Positions 36,820-49,310 are shown, counted from the whole stretch's first letter. The stretch is 63,973 nucleotides of DNA, filler included, from Craspedostauros australis (GCA_030167865.1; 16 parts of 16 records of this genome joined end to end with filler, not necessarily neighbours in it), one strand, 5' to 3'. Program-made: numbers and translations. Notes: generated by a model from the letters alone, not told the origin.

Positions 36820-38511
36820 GTGGCTGGCGATGTTTTGGCAGATTCGGCGCCGCGTTGATTCCTCGCGTCGTTTTGGATTTGGCTTGGTGAGGGGTTGCCT
36901 CCTTTGTTCGTGTTGTGTCATGGAGCACGGCGATGGTGGTGGCATCCCTACACGTCCACTTCCACGTCCACGACAATAGCAACACTTGCGAATACTACAC
37001 AACATAATAATATATATTGTAATACAATATGGTGGAATGGAGCACAGTGACTTCTCNNNNNNNNNNNNNNNNNNNNNNNNNNNNNNNNNNNNNNNNNNNN
37101 NNNNNNAACACTTGCGAATACTACACAACATAATAATATATATTGTAATACAATATGGTGGAATGGAGCACAGTGACTTCTCCTTTGGTCCGCAAAATAG
37201 AATTTGATTTAACACTTGTTATAGCATTGTTTGTAAAAACAAAGTCCTGCGAAACCTGCTTTGCTTCCCATGGACATGAGACAACATGGTCATCTACTGA
37301 GCTGTTGGCATGGNNNNNNNNNNNNNNNNNNNNNNNNNNNNNNNNNNNNNNNNNNNNNNNNNNNNNNNNNNNNGAGTGCGTGCAGGTTCATTGACACCGA
37401 AACAAAAAGCCAAGAGGAGAACAGATGAACAACAGACAGAAGCCAATGCTGGCTGTTGGCGACAACTAGCAGAGAGGAGGTCCAAACACGTGGGCAGGGA
37501 ATCGACCTGAAGTGAGGACAAGGCCGTACTATCCGTTCATGACCTAGACAATATAATACATCGTTTCTTGTTTTCAGTTTCATTTTTTTTCATTTTTGAC
37601 AACAACATCTGTGAACAATACCACTTTCTTTACATCTTTCGAAAGCTGTTGAGCACAGCTTTCCAATAAATATGTTTAAGTTTAATATTTCTTACTGCCA
37701 TCTTATTGCTAATCAAGCCTGAAGTACTTGTGACTTAGTTCTGCACCATGGGACTGAAGTGAAACTGTTCAGCAAGGCTCAAACTGTGAGGCTGGCAACG
37801 TCAAATCCGCTTTTCCACATCACACTTGCTGAAACTGCTGTTGTACTTCGCTTTCAGCGATTCCTTGCTTTCCTTTTCCAAGGTTGTCATCTCCTCTCGT
37901 GTCCTTTATGTCTTCATCACTTCCTTCCTTCAAGCATGCATGGGCGTGGCAACATCATCACTTGTGGTGTTCATCTTCATTTTGTCTTGGCTTTGCGACA
38001 TCGCACCTTCCGCAAACTCAAACAATCATGGAGCTCACAATTTTATCGCACTCACAAAAATCATCATACTCGCACGATCACTGCACCCAAACTACCATGG
38101 TGCCATCTCCAAAACACACACCCAAGCCACCACTGCACCCTCAATCTTCCAGCCCCCACAAGGAAGCAACAGCAACGCCTAAATTGCATCCTGCTTCCAA
38201 TCCTCCACAATTCCAAGCAGAGAGCATGCTTGCATATGACATTGGTCACTCATCCATTGTATTCATCCACAAGTCTCTCATGTCTCCAACGAACAATGAC
38301 AGCAAAAATCAAACAGCACATCTGCCGCCAATGCCCACCTACTGTGATTTCTTGGAGAGTGGTCCACCCAACAGCCCCACCAATCCATGGGGTAGTGTCA
38401 ACAGGGATGTGNNNNNNNNNNNNNNNNNNNNNNNNNNNNNNNNNNNNNNNNNNNNTTAATTAATTAANNNNNNNNNNNNNNNNNNNNNNNNNNNNNNNNN
38501 NNNNNNNNNNN

Positions 38512-40547
38512 GTAGGTATTGAGGAGTTCATTCCAGAATAGGATACCGTCTTCGGTGAGGAGTCCTCTGGTGGCGAGTCCATGTGCTGGGCCGCCGGCGA
38601 AGACGGAGTATAGTCCCGCGAATAGGGTCCTGACATCGCTCGCGACTTGTTCTGGTGAGGTGGTTGTTGGCACTCCTGTCACCGGGTCGATGTGGTCCTT
38701 GATCGCGTGGATTCCTTGGGAATGGTATCGNNNNNNNNNNNNNNNNNNNNNNNNNNNNNNNNNNNNNNNNNNNNNNNNNNNNNNNNNNNNNNNNNNNNNN
38801 NNNNNNNNNNNNNNNNNNNNNNNNNNNNNNNNNNNNNNNNNNNNNNNNNNNNNTGACAGAGTCAGGGATGGGGCGTCGCTTCGTTAGCTTGGCCTGGGCG
38901 ACCGGTGGTTCGCCGCGGGTGGGTCCACGATGGGGTGCATACCCGGATTCGTGTTGCCCGTGTGGGGTGTTCGGGCCCATGTTGCGAGGGTCATGTCTTC
39001 CGAAGCCTCCGTTGGGTTCGGTTGGGCGGTACCCATACGCGGGTGGTCGTGGTGGATACCCGGGGTGAGGAGGTCCGACAGGGGTGAAGGCTCCTTGCGG
39101 CATTGGAAAAACTCCGGCTCCATGGGGAAAATGTCCCATGGGGATAGGGATTCCGATGGGCGGGAATCCTCCTGGGTGGGTTCCGTGGTACATCGGAAGC
39201 GGTGGGCCATGGGGAAATTGGTTTCCCATGGAAGGGGGATGTCCATACGGGTTGCCGCCGTGGTGTCCATGGTTAATTGGAGGTCCATGGTTGCCTCGAT
39301 GCGGACGGCTTGTCCCATGGTTCGCGGGTGGGTTGCTGGCAGGGTTTCGGTTCACGGGTTCGTGCCCGTTGTTGCCTCGATAGTCGCTCACGCCATGTGA
39401 GGCTGGTGTATCCGCGGTATCGTGGTAGGGGCGCGGGTTCCGATCGTAGGGTGGACGGTTCCCGTCGTTTTCTGGGTGGTTCATCCGGAGTGGGTTGTTA
39501 CCTCCTGGGCCTCCGGCGGTCGTTTCGGGGGCGAAGGTTACTACCTTGGCGCCGGTTGGGTTGCGGTTGTAATCACCGATCGTCGCGGGGTCTACGTTGG
39601 GGAAGAGTCGGTTCCGTCCCGTGGGGCCGCGGTTGTCGGGTACGTCTACGGTATCGTCGTTACCAGGGTGTTGGTNNNNNNNNNNNNNNNNNNNNNNNNN
39701 NNNNNNNNNNNNNNNNNNNNNNNGGGTGTCGATGATCACTGGTGACGTGTTTTGTGATCCTTGCTTGGCGATGCTGGAGAGTTGGGTTTCGTTCTGGAAG
39801 TTGGGTGGGGTACGGTGCGGTGTATTCCCGCCAAGCATGAGGGAGAGCCCAGATGGGGTTCCTCCTGGGTGGCTGTCGTTGTCGCGTCCGGTTCTATGGG
39901 TAGATGCTTCTGACNNNNNNNNNNNNNNNNNNNNNNNNNNNNNNNNNNNNNNNNNNNNNNNNNNTTGGGTTGCGGTTGTAATCGCCGATCGTCGCGGGGT
40001 CTACGTTGGGGAAGAGTCGGTTCCGTCCTGTGGGGCCGCGGTTGTCGGATACGTTCACGGTTTCGTCGTTACCAGGGCGTTGGTCGTAGTCAGTGCCTGG
40101 TTCGGTGTCTTCGTTGGGCGGAGTGGTACCACGGGTGTCGATGATCACTGGTGACGTGTTTTGTGATCCTTGCTTGGCGATGCTGGAGAGTTGGGTTTCG
40201 TTCTGGAAGTTGGGTGGGGTACGGTGCGGNNNNNNNNNNNNNAGCATGAGGGAGAGCCCAGATGGGGTTCCTCCTTGGTGGCTGTCGTTGTCGCGTCCGG
40301 TTCTATGGGTAGATGCTTCTGACCCAGAAGAGATGCTGGTCGCGGATGCGTTGGAGAGTGCCTTCTTGTGTTCTCCAATGGCATCCAACCACGCTTTGTG
40401 GTGGTGGCGTTTGCCGCACCTTTCGGAACGGCAGAAGTCTGCCATGGCTTTGGCGGTGGTGGCCGTGTCGGCGAACATCGCGTCAAGGGTGGATTCGAGG
40501 GTGGATTCCTCCTCCACTTCGATGGATCTGACCCATTCTCCGATGTG
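38512..40547 (-). mobile_element. Probable copia gag 5' region with a long Pro/Gly/His-rich extension (gapped, partly duplicated by the assembly)
   Basis: The distal segment LYSVF...AHGLA...EDGILFWNELLNTY resembles the Gag LY..L...A..I...DG..AW..L...Y helix set. Upstream is low complexity. Confidence 0.45.
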
Positions 40548-41979
40548 NNNNNNNNNNNNNNNNNNNNNNNNNNNNNNNNNNNNNNNNNNNNTTAATTAAT
40601 TAANNNNNNNNNNNNNNNNNNNNNNNNNNNNNNNNNNNNNNNNNNNNTCACCGTGTTGCAGCGTAATAGTACACGGCATGACGTGTAGTGCTACTCTCTT
40701 CCACTAGCGTTCAACGCATGGTAGACGCCTGTCTAGTACCACATTTTTGGTTGTATACTCCACTTATAATATAATGAATGTATATTGAATTAATATGTAT
40801 ATGTTTATTACGAGTATATATCTACAATGGTTGGTGTATAGTTGAAGCACACTAGACTCAACGCTCAACGTACGCTAAACACGGTTCCTGTGAGTCGACG
40901 ATTGAGGATACACATGGTTCCTTGGCCTGCGTCACACACGCCTCCAACAATGCACGTGCACTCTGACGTGACGTGATGGCTCTTCACCAGGTGCGCCGTT
41001 TCGTCAGGGAATCGTTGAGCTCGCGTGCGACTCACCATGTGCCTCTATGTGGAGTGCGTTAGGATAGACACCCACACGACATGGGTGTGCGACACGCATG
41101 AGACAGGACAGGCATCGACAAGCAAACGAGGGGCGATCGACCAGCAAACGAGACACGATCGACCAGCAATCGACATGACATGAGCGCGACGTGAACGCGA
41201 TATGAGCACGACTTTCGCAAGACACAGACACGCCATGCGTCGGATGCCAATGCAAGCCTGCCGTCCGTATTTGCATACTCATGACTGTAGGTCCATCATT
41301 GTTCATACTGCGCACAAGTCCCTTGCCGGAGTCCTCAGTGTGGGTGGCAACATCGCGCACGCAGGAGTTTGCCATCACAAAGGATGACCGGCGACTCCAA
41401 ACATGTTCGCTCTGCCCTCCCCAGTGCTCTTGTCTTACAGTACAGGGACGAACGAAACAGCGCACACGTCATTCCAAGTGACCACCCACACAGAGTCGTG
41501 GATACACCNNNNNNNNNNNNNNNNNNNNNNGGCCATGAAGAAAAGAATACGACCTCGTCGTCCGTTGGATGCTGGTTTCTTTAGCACCCTTGCGCAATCG
41601 AGTGGCATCGCGGGGACAACAGTTCGCGTTTGTCGCAGGGCGTATCGTGTGATCAGCTCCCCAAAGGCGAAAGGTGACAACAACTGTTCTACCACGAGAC
41701 AAGCAGAGTTCTACGAGGGGAAACACTGTTTCGTTGTTGCCAAGTTGCAGTTCTTTCACGCACCATGCTGACAATGATGGCAGTTGCCTTGCTGACATTT
41801 GTGTTTTCGCTTCATTTTGACATTTCCCGACACACGAAGAGCTCACAATTCGCAACAGCACCAAAATGTTACTTCCTCANNNNNNNNNNNNNNNNNNNNN
41901 NNNNNNNNNNNNNNNNNNNNNNNTTAATTAATTAANNNNNNNNNNNNNNNNNNNNNNNNNNNNNNNNNNNNNNNNNNNN

Positions 41980-42119
41980 ACCATTGAATACAATTTCGGT
42001 CTGTCATCGACCGTCAATGACGTCATGCTTTTTGTCCGCGTTGAGGACAAGCCAGCCAGTATTTGTGTCGTAGACGCTAGCTAAATATGTCTAACCCTAG
42101 TTGACAACACGGTACATCG
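41980..42119 (-). repeat. Second copy of the 140-bp dispersed element
   Basis: Reverse complement aligns with 36679-36819. Confidence 0.85.
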
Positions 42120-42475
42120 CCATCTAAGAAAGTCGTGTTTTCCTATTATTCACCTTCAGGAAAACATGATGGTACCCAGCATGGGGCTTACAGAAAACAT
42201 GATGGTACCCAGAATGGGGCTTACAAGAACCACTGAATTGGCAGCAGGAGAATTGTTCTTGCTCACTACGACCACCTTCCGTTTGTGAAACAGTCGTNNN
42301 NNNNNNNNNNNNNNNNNNNNNNNNNNNNNNNNNNNNNNNNNNNNNNNCTACGACCACCTTCCGTTTGTGAAACAGTCGTCTGGCTCATGCAACCACCAGT
42401 TTTGCGCCCAGCGGTTGGATGTGGCGAGTTCGCGCCAGGAGGATCCATTCACGAATTGTTGACAGCAAAACCGAT

Positions 42476-42652
42476 GAAGTGCATTTAATGCACTTCAAAT
42501 GCATTTTTTGCACTCCATTTGCATTTAATGCACTCCAATTGCATTTAATGCACTTCAAATGCATTTAATGCACTTCAAATGCATTTAATGCACTTCAAAT
42601 GCATTTTTTGAACCCCAAATGCATTAAATGCACTCCAAGTGCATTAAATGCA
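42476..42652. repeat. Tandem array of ~9 palindromic 20-bp units (AAATGCATTTAATGCACTTC)
   Basis: Exact 20-bp period. The first unit, GAAGTGCATT-T-AATGCACTTC, is a perfect 10-bp inverted repeat. Confidence 0.92.
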
Positions 42653-43161
42653 AAAGGAAGCAGGTTCGACGGGACTCGATGACACTTCAACCAAACGGAA
42701 GCAATGACTAAATTTGTCCGAGTAACACCGATTGATAAAGTGGTAATATCAATGAATCAAATGAAGACGTCGCTGCGACATTGCTTTGTCAACATCTCAC
42801 AAACAGCGAAGAAACACAACAAATGACAAAAAGCACTTTGAGTCGTACTAGTCGCAAACTGAAGTATTTGATGCACTTGCCGGGTGTCCCTGTGTAATAT
42901 CGCAACTATACGGCAACCTCCTTGGTGAACAGAGATTTGTGTTGTGTTCGATCTCATGCACGGCGATCCCATTTATTTATTTTTGAGATGTTGCGATGGA
43001 TTGTTTCCAATTTGCTCAAATTGTTTTCCTGATCCTGAGATGCTCTGTAGTAACCGTGCGAATTTTTTCGCTACTTTGCGTTTACAAAATGTATAAGTTG
43101 TTTTCTTTGTTTTCTCGAGTTTATAATTCTTACGATCTCAGTCAAGAGCATTTTGTTCATC

Positions 43162-43303
43162 TGCCTTTCGCGTGTGTTCACGTGTTAATTTTTATTTTTG
43201 TGTTATGCCTTTCGCGTGTATTCACGTGTTAATTTCATTTCCGTTGTTTGGCTTTCGCGTGTATTCACGTGTTAATTTCATTTGCGTTGTTTGCCTTTCG
43301 CGT
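43162..43303 (+). repeat. ~43-bp tandem repeat, three full units plus a partial fourth
   Basis: TG(C/G)CTTTCGCGTGT(G/A)TTCACGTGTTAATTT units start at 43162, 43206 and 43249; a partial unit starts at 43292. Confidence 0.88.
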
Positions 43304-43432
43304 TCGTAATCCGTTTGATTTTCGTGTCATTTTCTGTCTTCTGGCACAGATCTGTTGCATCTGCGTAGGTGAGCTGATATGCTATTGATGCTGCTTTTCC
43401 CTACTGTTGGTGCGAAACTCTCTGGAGTGCAT

Positions 43433-46400
43433 TCAGGTTGTGCGGTGTCGTTTCTTGCTGCGAGCCTTCTGTTCAGTGGCAAATTGAGCTGCCGCTCGTT
43501 TCTTCATCTCTGCTGCAGCCTTCCTGTTGTCTGCCTCCCTCCTTGCTTGCGATTCTTCTTCATCCTGTTCGTCATCTCCACCCTCTTGGGTTACTTGTGC
43601 TACTGCTGCTGCCGCTGCCCTGCCATCTGTTCCAGCTTCTTCAGCTGGTTCGTGACTGTTCTGAACTGCCACGACTGCAGGTTGAGCAGCCTTCTTCAAT
43701 CCTTTCCCAACCTTCATGCACCATTTGGCGTCTCTGCTATGCAGGATGTGGTGGCATGTGTTGGGAATCTCCAGGACCCCGTCTTTCGTGGATGCCTTCA
43801 ACAGTGCCAGACGACCTGGGATGCCACACTTCTCCATCCATGCAGACTTTGTCGGTGTGCCCACTCCGCAGACTGTCAGATGACATCCTGTGCAATATGA
43901 TGTGACTTGCTGATTGCACACGACGCAGCTCCTCCTCTTGTTTGGAACCGTCACAAGGGTATGGTCCCCTGTGTACAAGCCTTCAATGAATGATGCCTCT
44001 GATGCAGTCCTCTCAGTTGGGGTCTTCCCAAGGATGGCAAGCAACGGTTGTCGAGTCTCTGGTGCTCCATTCAATTTGAACTCACCGCCATNNNNNNNNN
44101 NNNNNNNNNNNNNNNNNNNNNNNNNNNNNNNNNNNNNNNNNNNNNNNNNNNNNNNNNNNNNNNNNNNNNNNNNNNNNNNNNNNNNNNNNNNNNNNNNNNN
44201 NNNNNNNNNNNNNNNNNNNNNNNNNNNNNNNNNNNNNNNNNNNNAGCTCCACTTCTTGTTCATCTTGTTCCGAAGATGGATCAACGATGGTGATCGATCG
44301 AGATCTGCATTTGTCTCGATTGCCCTGTTGTCCGTGATCTGGATTAGCTTGTGCACGAGCGTCATCATCAGTTGCATCAGACGCGACACAAGTACGCATT
44401 GGAAGGAGACTTTTGGGGGCTTCACCTTGTGCTGTTCCATCAATCTTGACATGATATCGGAACCACCCTTCATGATGTTCCANNNNNNNNNNNNNNNNNN
44501 NNNNNNNNNNNNNNNNNNNNNNNNNNNNNNNNNNNNNNNNNNNNNNNNNNNNNNNNNNNNNNNNNNNNNNNNNNNNNNNNNNNNNNNNNNNNNNNNNNNN
44601 NNNNNNNNNNNNNNNNNNNNNNNNNNNCTGCCCGGATTGGATGACATGAACTGCCTCATGAGATCTTCAGATGGAGTTCGTCCCGGTGAATCTTCTTCGT
44701 ATGCAAACTCGATCACAAGCTTGTACAGATCGTCAAGCACCAAGGCATAGGCTTCCATCAATGCAGGTGTGAATCTGGTTGCAACAGATCTGAGGATCTC
44801 GGCCCCGCTGTCACCTGCTTGCCATGCCGTTCCAATCAAGTATCACAAGTAGCAGAGTGAGCAACNNNNNNNNNNNNNNNNNNNNNNNNNNNNNNNNNNN
44901 NNNNNNNNNNNNNNNGAGATTTTCACATCCTTTCCACATCATGAGCTGATGGAAGAGGTCATCCTCTGACATGTTCGGGAGGTAGGAGCCTTTGCCCTCA
45001 AAGTTGCCGCTGCCCGGATTGGATGACATGAACTGCCTCATGAGATCTTCAGATGGAGTTCGTCCCGGTGAATCTTCTTCGTATGCAAACTTGATCACAA
45101 GCTTGTACAGATCGTCAAGCACCAAGGCATAGGCTTCCATCAATGCAGGCGTGAATCTGGTCGCAACAGATCTGAGGATCTCGGCCCCGCTGTCACCTGC
45201 TTGCCATGCCGTTCCAATCAAATAACACAAGTAGCAGAGTGAGCAATGAGTTAGTATGGTGTCAAAAGCATGCGAACATCGTGCATTGGCGGAAGCAGCA
45301 TGGACCGGATCTCATCACACACAGTGAATGCCAATGCCATCGAACTTACCAATCACCATGAGTGCTCCGCTGACACCGTAGACGAAGGCATGATGGAGCA
45401 ACTGGAGTCTTTTACCTTCCTTGCGGATCAATGCCCGAAAGATGCCGCTCTCTGAATCTGCAAAGATATGCAAGTTTGGATCCAGCTGGTATTTGTGTTT
45501 CACCGACAATTGATGCTCCTTCTCCTCCTCCTTGGTTTTGCGCGAGGCCCTGGTCTTCATCTCGACAACAAAGACCTCATCATCTTCATCCTTGGTGCTG
45601 TCTCCGACAACCGCGAGAAAGTCAACGGACGATCGAGCATAGGGCTTGTCACCGTGATGCACCAACCCTGCTGTGTATGCGGCCTTCACACAGCTAGGAT
45701 CTCCAGTCAATTTCGATATCTTCTCAGCTTTCTTCATGAGTGGCTGCTCATTGGTGTGGCCAAGTCTGGTGGCACGTTGCTCCTCGCCAGCGAAAGGCTT
45801 CATGAACCACGTCTTCAGTGCCTGTTTCACCAAGGCCTCCTTCAGTGCCATCATGCCTCCGTCCTCTTTGTTGTCACTCACATCATTGTTGCTGATGCCT
45901 TCGGTGTCACCTTCATCATTGTGTCCGGTGGCAAGCATGACATCGACTTCAACAGGAAGGGAAGCCAGAGAGTCGATGCCAACGCCATTGTCGGCCGATG
46001 GGAAGCGGGCGAAATTGCTGGTGCTGCTGCCTTCAACATCGTCGTCGCCACTGTCCACCTCCAGATTGTCATGAGCCAAAGTAATGGATGCTTTGTCATG
46101 CCGCACCAATGCCTTCATCATTTCACCCTTTGCCGGAAGTTTGCCAGAGTTGGGGAATCTTGCCTTGTAGATTGCCTCCATGGTCTTTGGTGTCATGGCA
46201 ACATACCGGCGATCCAGCTTCTGCTGTCGTTGGATCACAGTCTTGAGCTTCTTGTAGATACTGTCAGCTGTTTTTNNNNNNNNNNNNNNNNNNNNNNNNN
46301 NNNNNNNNNNNNNNNNNNNNNNNNNNNNNNNNNTCGCGATTCTGAAGAACTTGGGTGATTGTTTGCTCGATGGATTTTGAGTCTTTGGCATCATCTGTGA

Positions 46401-48581
46401 GGAGATTGAATCGCTCCTGTGCCCGATTCTTGACTTCACCTGTTCCGATCTCCACGTGGGCTTGTTGCTTTCTGGCCTCAACGTCGATGCCCATGAATGT
46501 GGCAATGATTTCCCATGCCTGACGATTGAGAACATGACCATTCGTCTCCTTGCACCACTCGGTGCTGGCCAGGACCACGTTGATGATGTTGTGGACGGTG
46601 GAGCTCGTCAAGCAGAACTTTCGCAACATGAACCAAAGTGGATCTCGCTGTTCGCAGGTCATCCCAACAACATCAAGGTCACGAATCTTCTGTGCCCATC
46701 TCATCCTTGCCTTGTCTTCCGCGTTGTCTGCTGCCTGTGAGGCTTGTTCAGCAAGGATGACGGCTGCCTTGACTGCATCTGGGTCATTCGGTGCATTCTG
46801 GATGGCTTGAATTGCATTGCCTCTGGCTTGAATTGCGAGCACCGCAGCAGGAGACTTCTCCAGGTTCACGACAGCTGCAGAGAAGTACTCTGGGAACTTC
46901 TCTGGATGAGCCAGAAGATCTGGGTGATTCGTGCGCTTGGCTTGAACGTGGCGAAGGTACATGATCTCCTCTTTCACCTTTGCCATGGTGAGATCCCAGT
47001 CAAACCTTCCAGCCCCCGTCTTTGCCATCATGATCATCTTTCCATTGTCTCGGAGACCATAGCAACAGTAGGTTGCGCCCTTCACCTTGTTGGAGGTGGC
47101 AAGGAAGAGTCTTGTGGGTTCTGTCACACTGATCTTGAGTTGGTTTGGGTTGGTCCTGTATGTTCCATTGACAAATGGCATGTGTGAAGCCCTCTTGTGA
47201 GTGCCTTGGAGGTCCGCTCCGCCTTCAACAAGACCCTGTGTGAGCTTGAGAGAGCCATATCCCCGATCACAGAGAACTTCTGTGTTCCGCAAACCATTGG
47301 TGGTTGCAAATTGGGTTTTGATCAGATCCTTTGCAGTGTTTGTCTTGGTTTCCTGGATGACTTGGACTCCGCAAGGGACCCCAGACATTGTCATTGCCAA
47401 GGTATCAATGGTGAATCTTTGCATGGAGATTTCACAAGTTCAAGAGATAGGGAAGAAACGAAATTCGACAAGAAAGAGAGGGATGCAGACATGTATGTGG
47501 AATGTGTGAGATTCGAAATGATTGACAATTGTACAAGCAACACATACATTCACCCGCATGATCCAAAAGCGCAGTATGCACACAGTACAACTCACCCCCA
47601 TCTGTTGGGCTTCGGATGCTTGTGCCGGGCGATACCACTGTGCAATGTGTTGTTGCTCCCACAGTGCACTTTATCATCATCAATTGTCACAGTGCGTTTG
47701 TCGGCCATGCCTGTCACAATTAGCTGCTTCATTGTGTGATTGCACTCAATCTGGAGATCCTGCCAAAAGTAGTGGGGGTTGGATTCAGTCTTGTTGCCGT
47801 CTTCATTGATTTTGCGCCACCAACCAGTGTATTCGGACTTGCTTGGGGACCCCTCTTTGGTGCTGAGCAGGCCCATTTTGTACATGTTTTTGGTGCTTGT
47901 ACAGAAGGTTGATTGTGTGGTGAATGCAACCATGAACTGCAGGTACTCCAATGCCGTCATCTTTGTGGCACCCCGTGAAAACACCTCTCTGAACAGCTGA
48001 GATGTGGGACCCAAGACAAGATCAACAATATCATCTGGTGTTGGTCGTTTGCTGAATGTGAGATCTTGCATTGATTTTTGGATGTGCACAATCTCCTTGT
48101 TCATGATTGTCTTGCTGTCTGCACGGGCCTCTCCCACTGTGACACGATGCTTCTCGTCCACCCCTGTCTGCAGCTTCCATTTGAGGTTCATGCTTGCCAG
48201 CTTGGCTGCATCCGATTTGTTGTTGTGGGTGGATGCAGGTGCAATTGTAGGAGTGGAATTGGCATTGTTGGTGTTCAAGGTGTTGTTTTCCTCCGTAGAA
48301 GCTGCATTTTTGTTCTCTTCTGCCATGAGGTAGTTGCTGTTGGAGTTGGAGGTGCTACTCTTGGGATCCGTTGCGTCCAACTCATCTCCATTAGTGTCAT
48401 CATTGTTATCGTCCAGATCAAAGTCTTCAGGGGTCCAAATGACTGTGTTGTCATCCGAAGGATGGACAACAGCATCTCTATCAAGTAGTTCCAAGTCTAG
48501 ATTGTCTGGATCAATGCCTCCGTTGCTGTCATCATCCTCCCACAAGTCACCATTGCCTCCGAAAGCATGATCCAAAGACAT
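43433..48581 (-). mobile_element. Giant spliced piggyBac-like DDD transposase with an internal YqaJ/lambda-exonuclease domain and C-terminal Cys-rich finger (~1,450-1,500 aa)
   Basis: D1 TIDDD (47681), KPNRWG|FTI across intron 47595-47417, D2 LCDRGYGS..L...L...G....GT (47268), D3 WNIMKGGSD (44458), CVVC...CTGC...C...CH..LH. Exonuclease motifs WFMLR...TSS, GHTNE, SSVD, EMK, LQLLHH. Second intron 45349-45197. Confidence 0.85.
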
Positions 48582-48691
48582 GGTCACTCAATAGATGTAA
48601 CACAAATCTAAGAATCTTGCACAGGGCTGGCTGTGATGAACGAAGTTGAGGTACAAGTGGAATGTGGGGTAGATGAGTGCAGCAGCTCTAT

Positions 48692-48879
48692 GAGCCCCCC
48701 GAGTGAGTCGACCACTCGTTTGAAACGGGCATTCTAACTTTTCATCTTCGATATCCAAACCAAGCACATATTCTTAATCCTTATAATTTTCTTACAAATA
48801 ATTAACCGATCGATTTTTGATGTATATCCTGGTTTAAGTTTTATGGATCGATCTATATGTTCATTCTAGTCGCGTGGAT
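48692..48879 (+). repeat. Second copy of the ~188-bp conserved non-coding element, 110 bp upstream of the transposase ATG
   Basis: Collinear with 18776-18962. Confidence 0.8.
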
Positions 48880-49188
48880 NNNNNNNNNNNNNNNNNNNNN
48901 NNNNNNNNNNNNNNNNNNNNNNNNNNNNNNNNNATTTATCGTGAGGTGATCAGTCACGGACTTGCTTCCGAAGGTCTCAGTCGTTTGGTACGCGTTAATT
49001 ACACGTTAGCATGTGGCACCTGATTCTGCATTCTGCTCGTCACAAAACACATGGCACAAAACACATGACACAAAACACATCATCTCCATCATTTCGCAAA
49101 ATCGCGCCACACTTTGGCTCCATTCACAACTGTCCTCGCCAATGCCCTGCACACTCGCCCTTTCGCTCCATGCCCGTTCTCGTCAGAC

Positions 49189-49198
49189 TAGTAGTAGC

Positions 49199-49276
<78 letters not shown>

Positions 49277-49278
49277 NG

Positions 49279-49310
<32 letters not shown>
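49189..49310 (+). repeat. Compound (TAG)n-(GTT)n microsatellite
   Basis: Directly visible. Confidence 0.95.

Noticed and set aside
42091..42112. CTAA|CCCTAG resembling the piggyBac terminus TTAA|CCCTAG
   Set aside because: It lies inside the 140-bp dispersed element, whose other copy reads CTAAGCCTAT, and no matching inverted end is visible. The element's TIRs remain unidentified.
44628..45246. Apparent tandem duplications across N gaps (also ~14590-14785, 20730-20890, 36981-37182, 39556-40324, 62627-63572)
   Set aside because: Near-identical sequence on both sides of a ~50-N gap is typical of unmerged contig overlaps, alleles or collapsed repeat copies.
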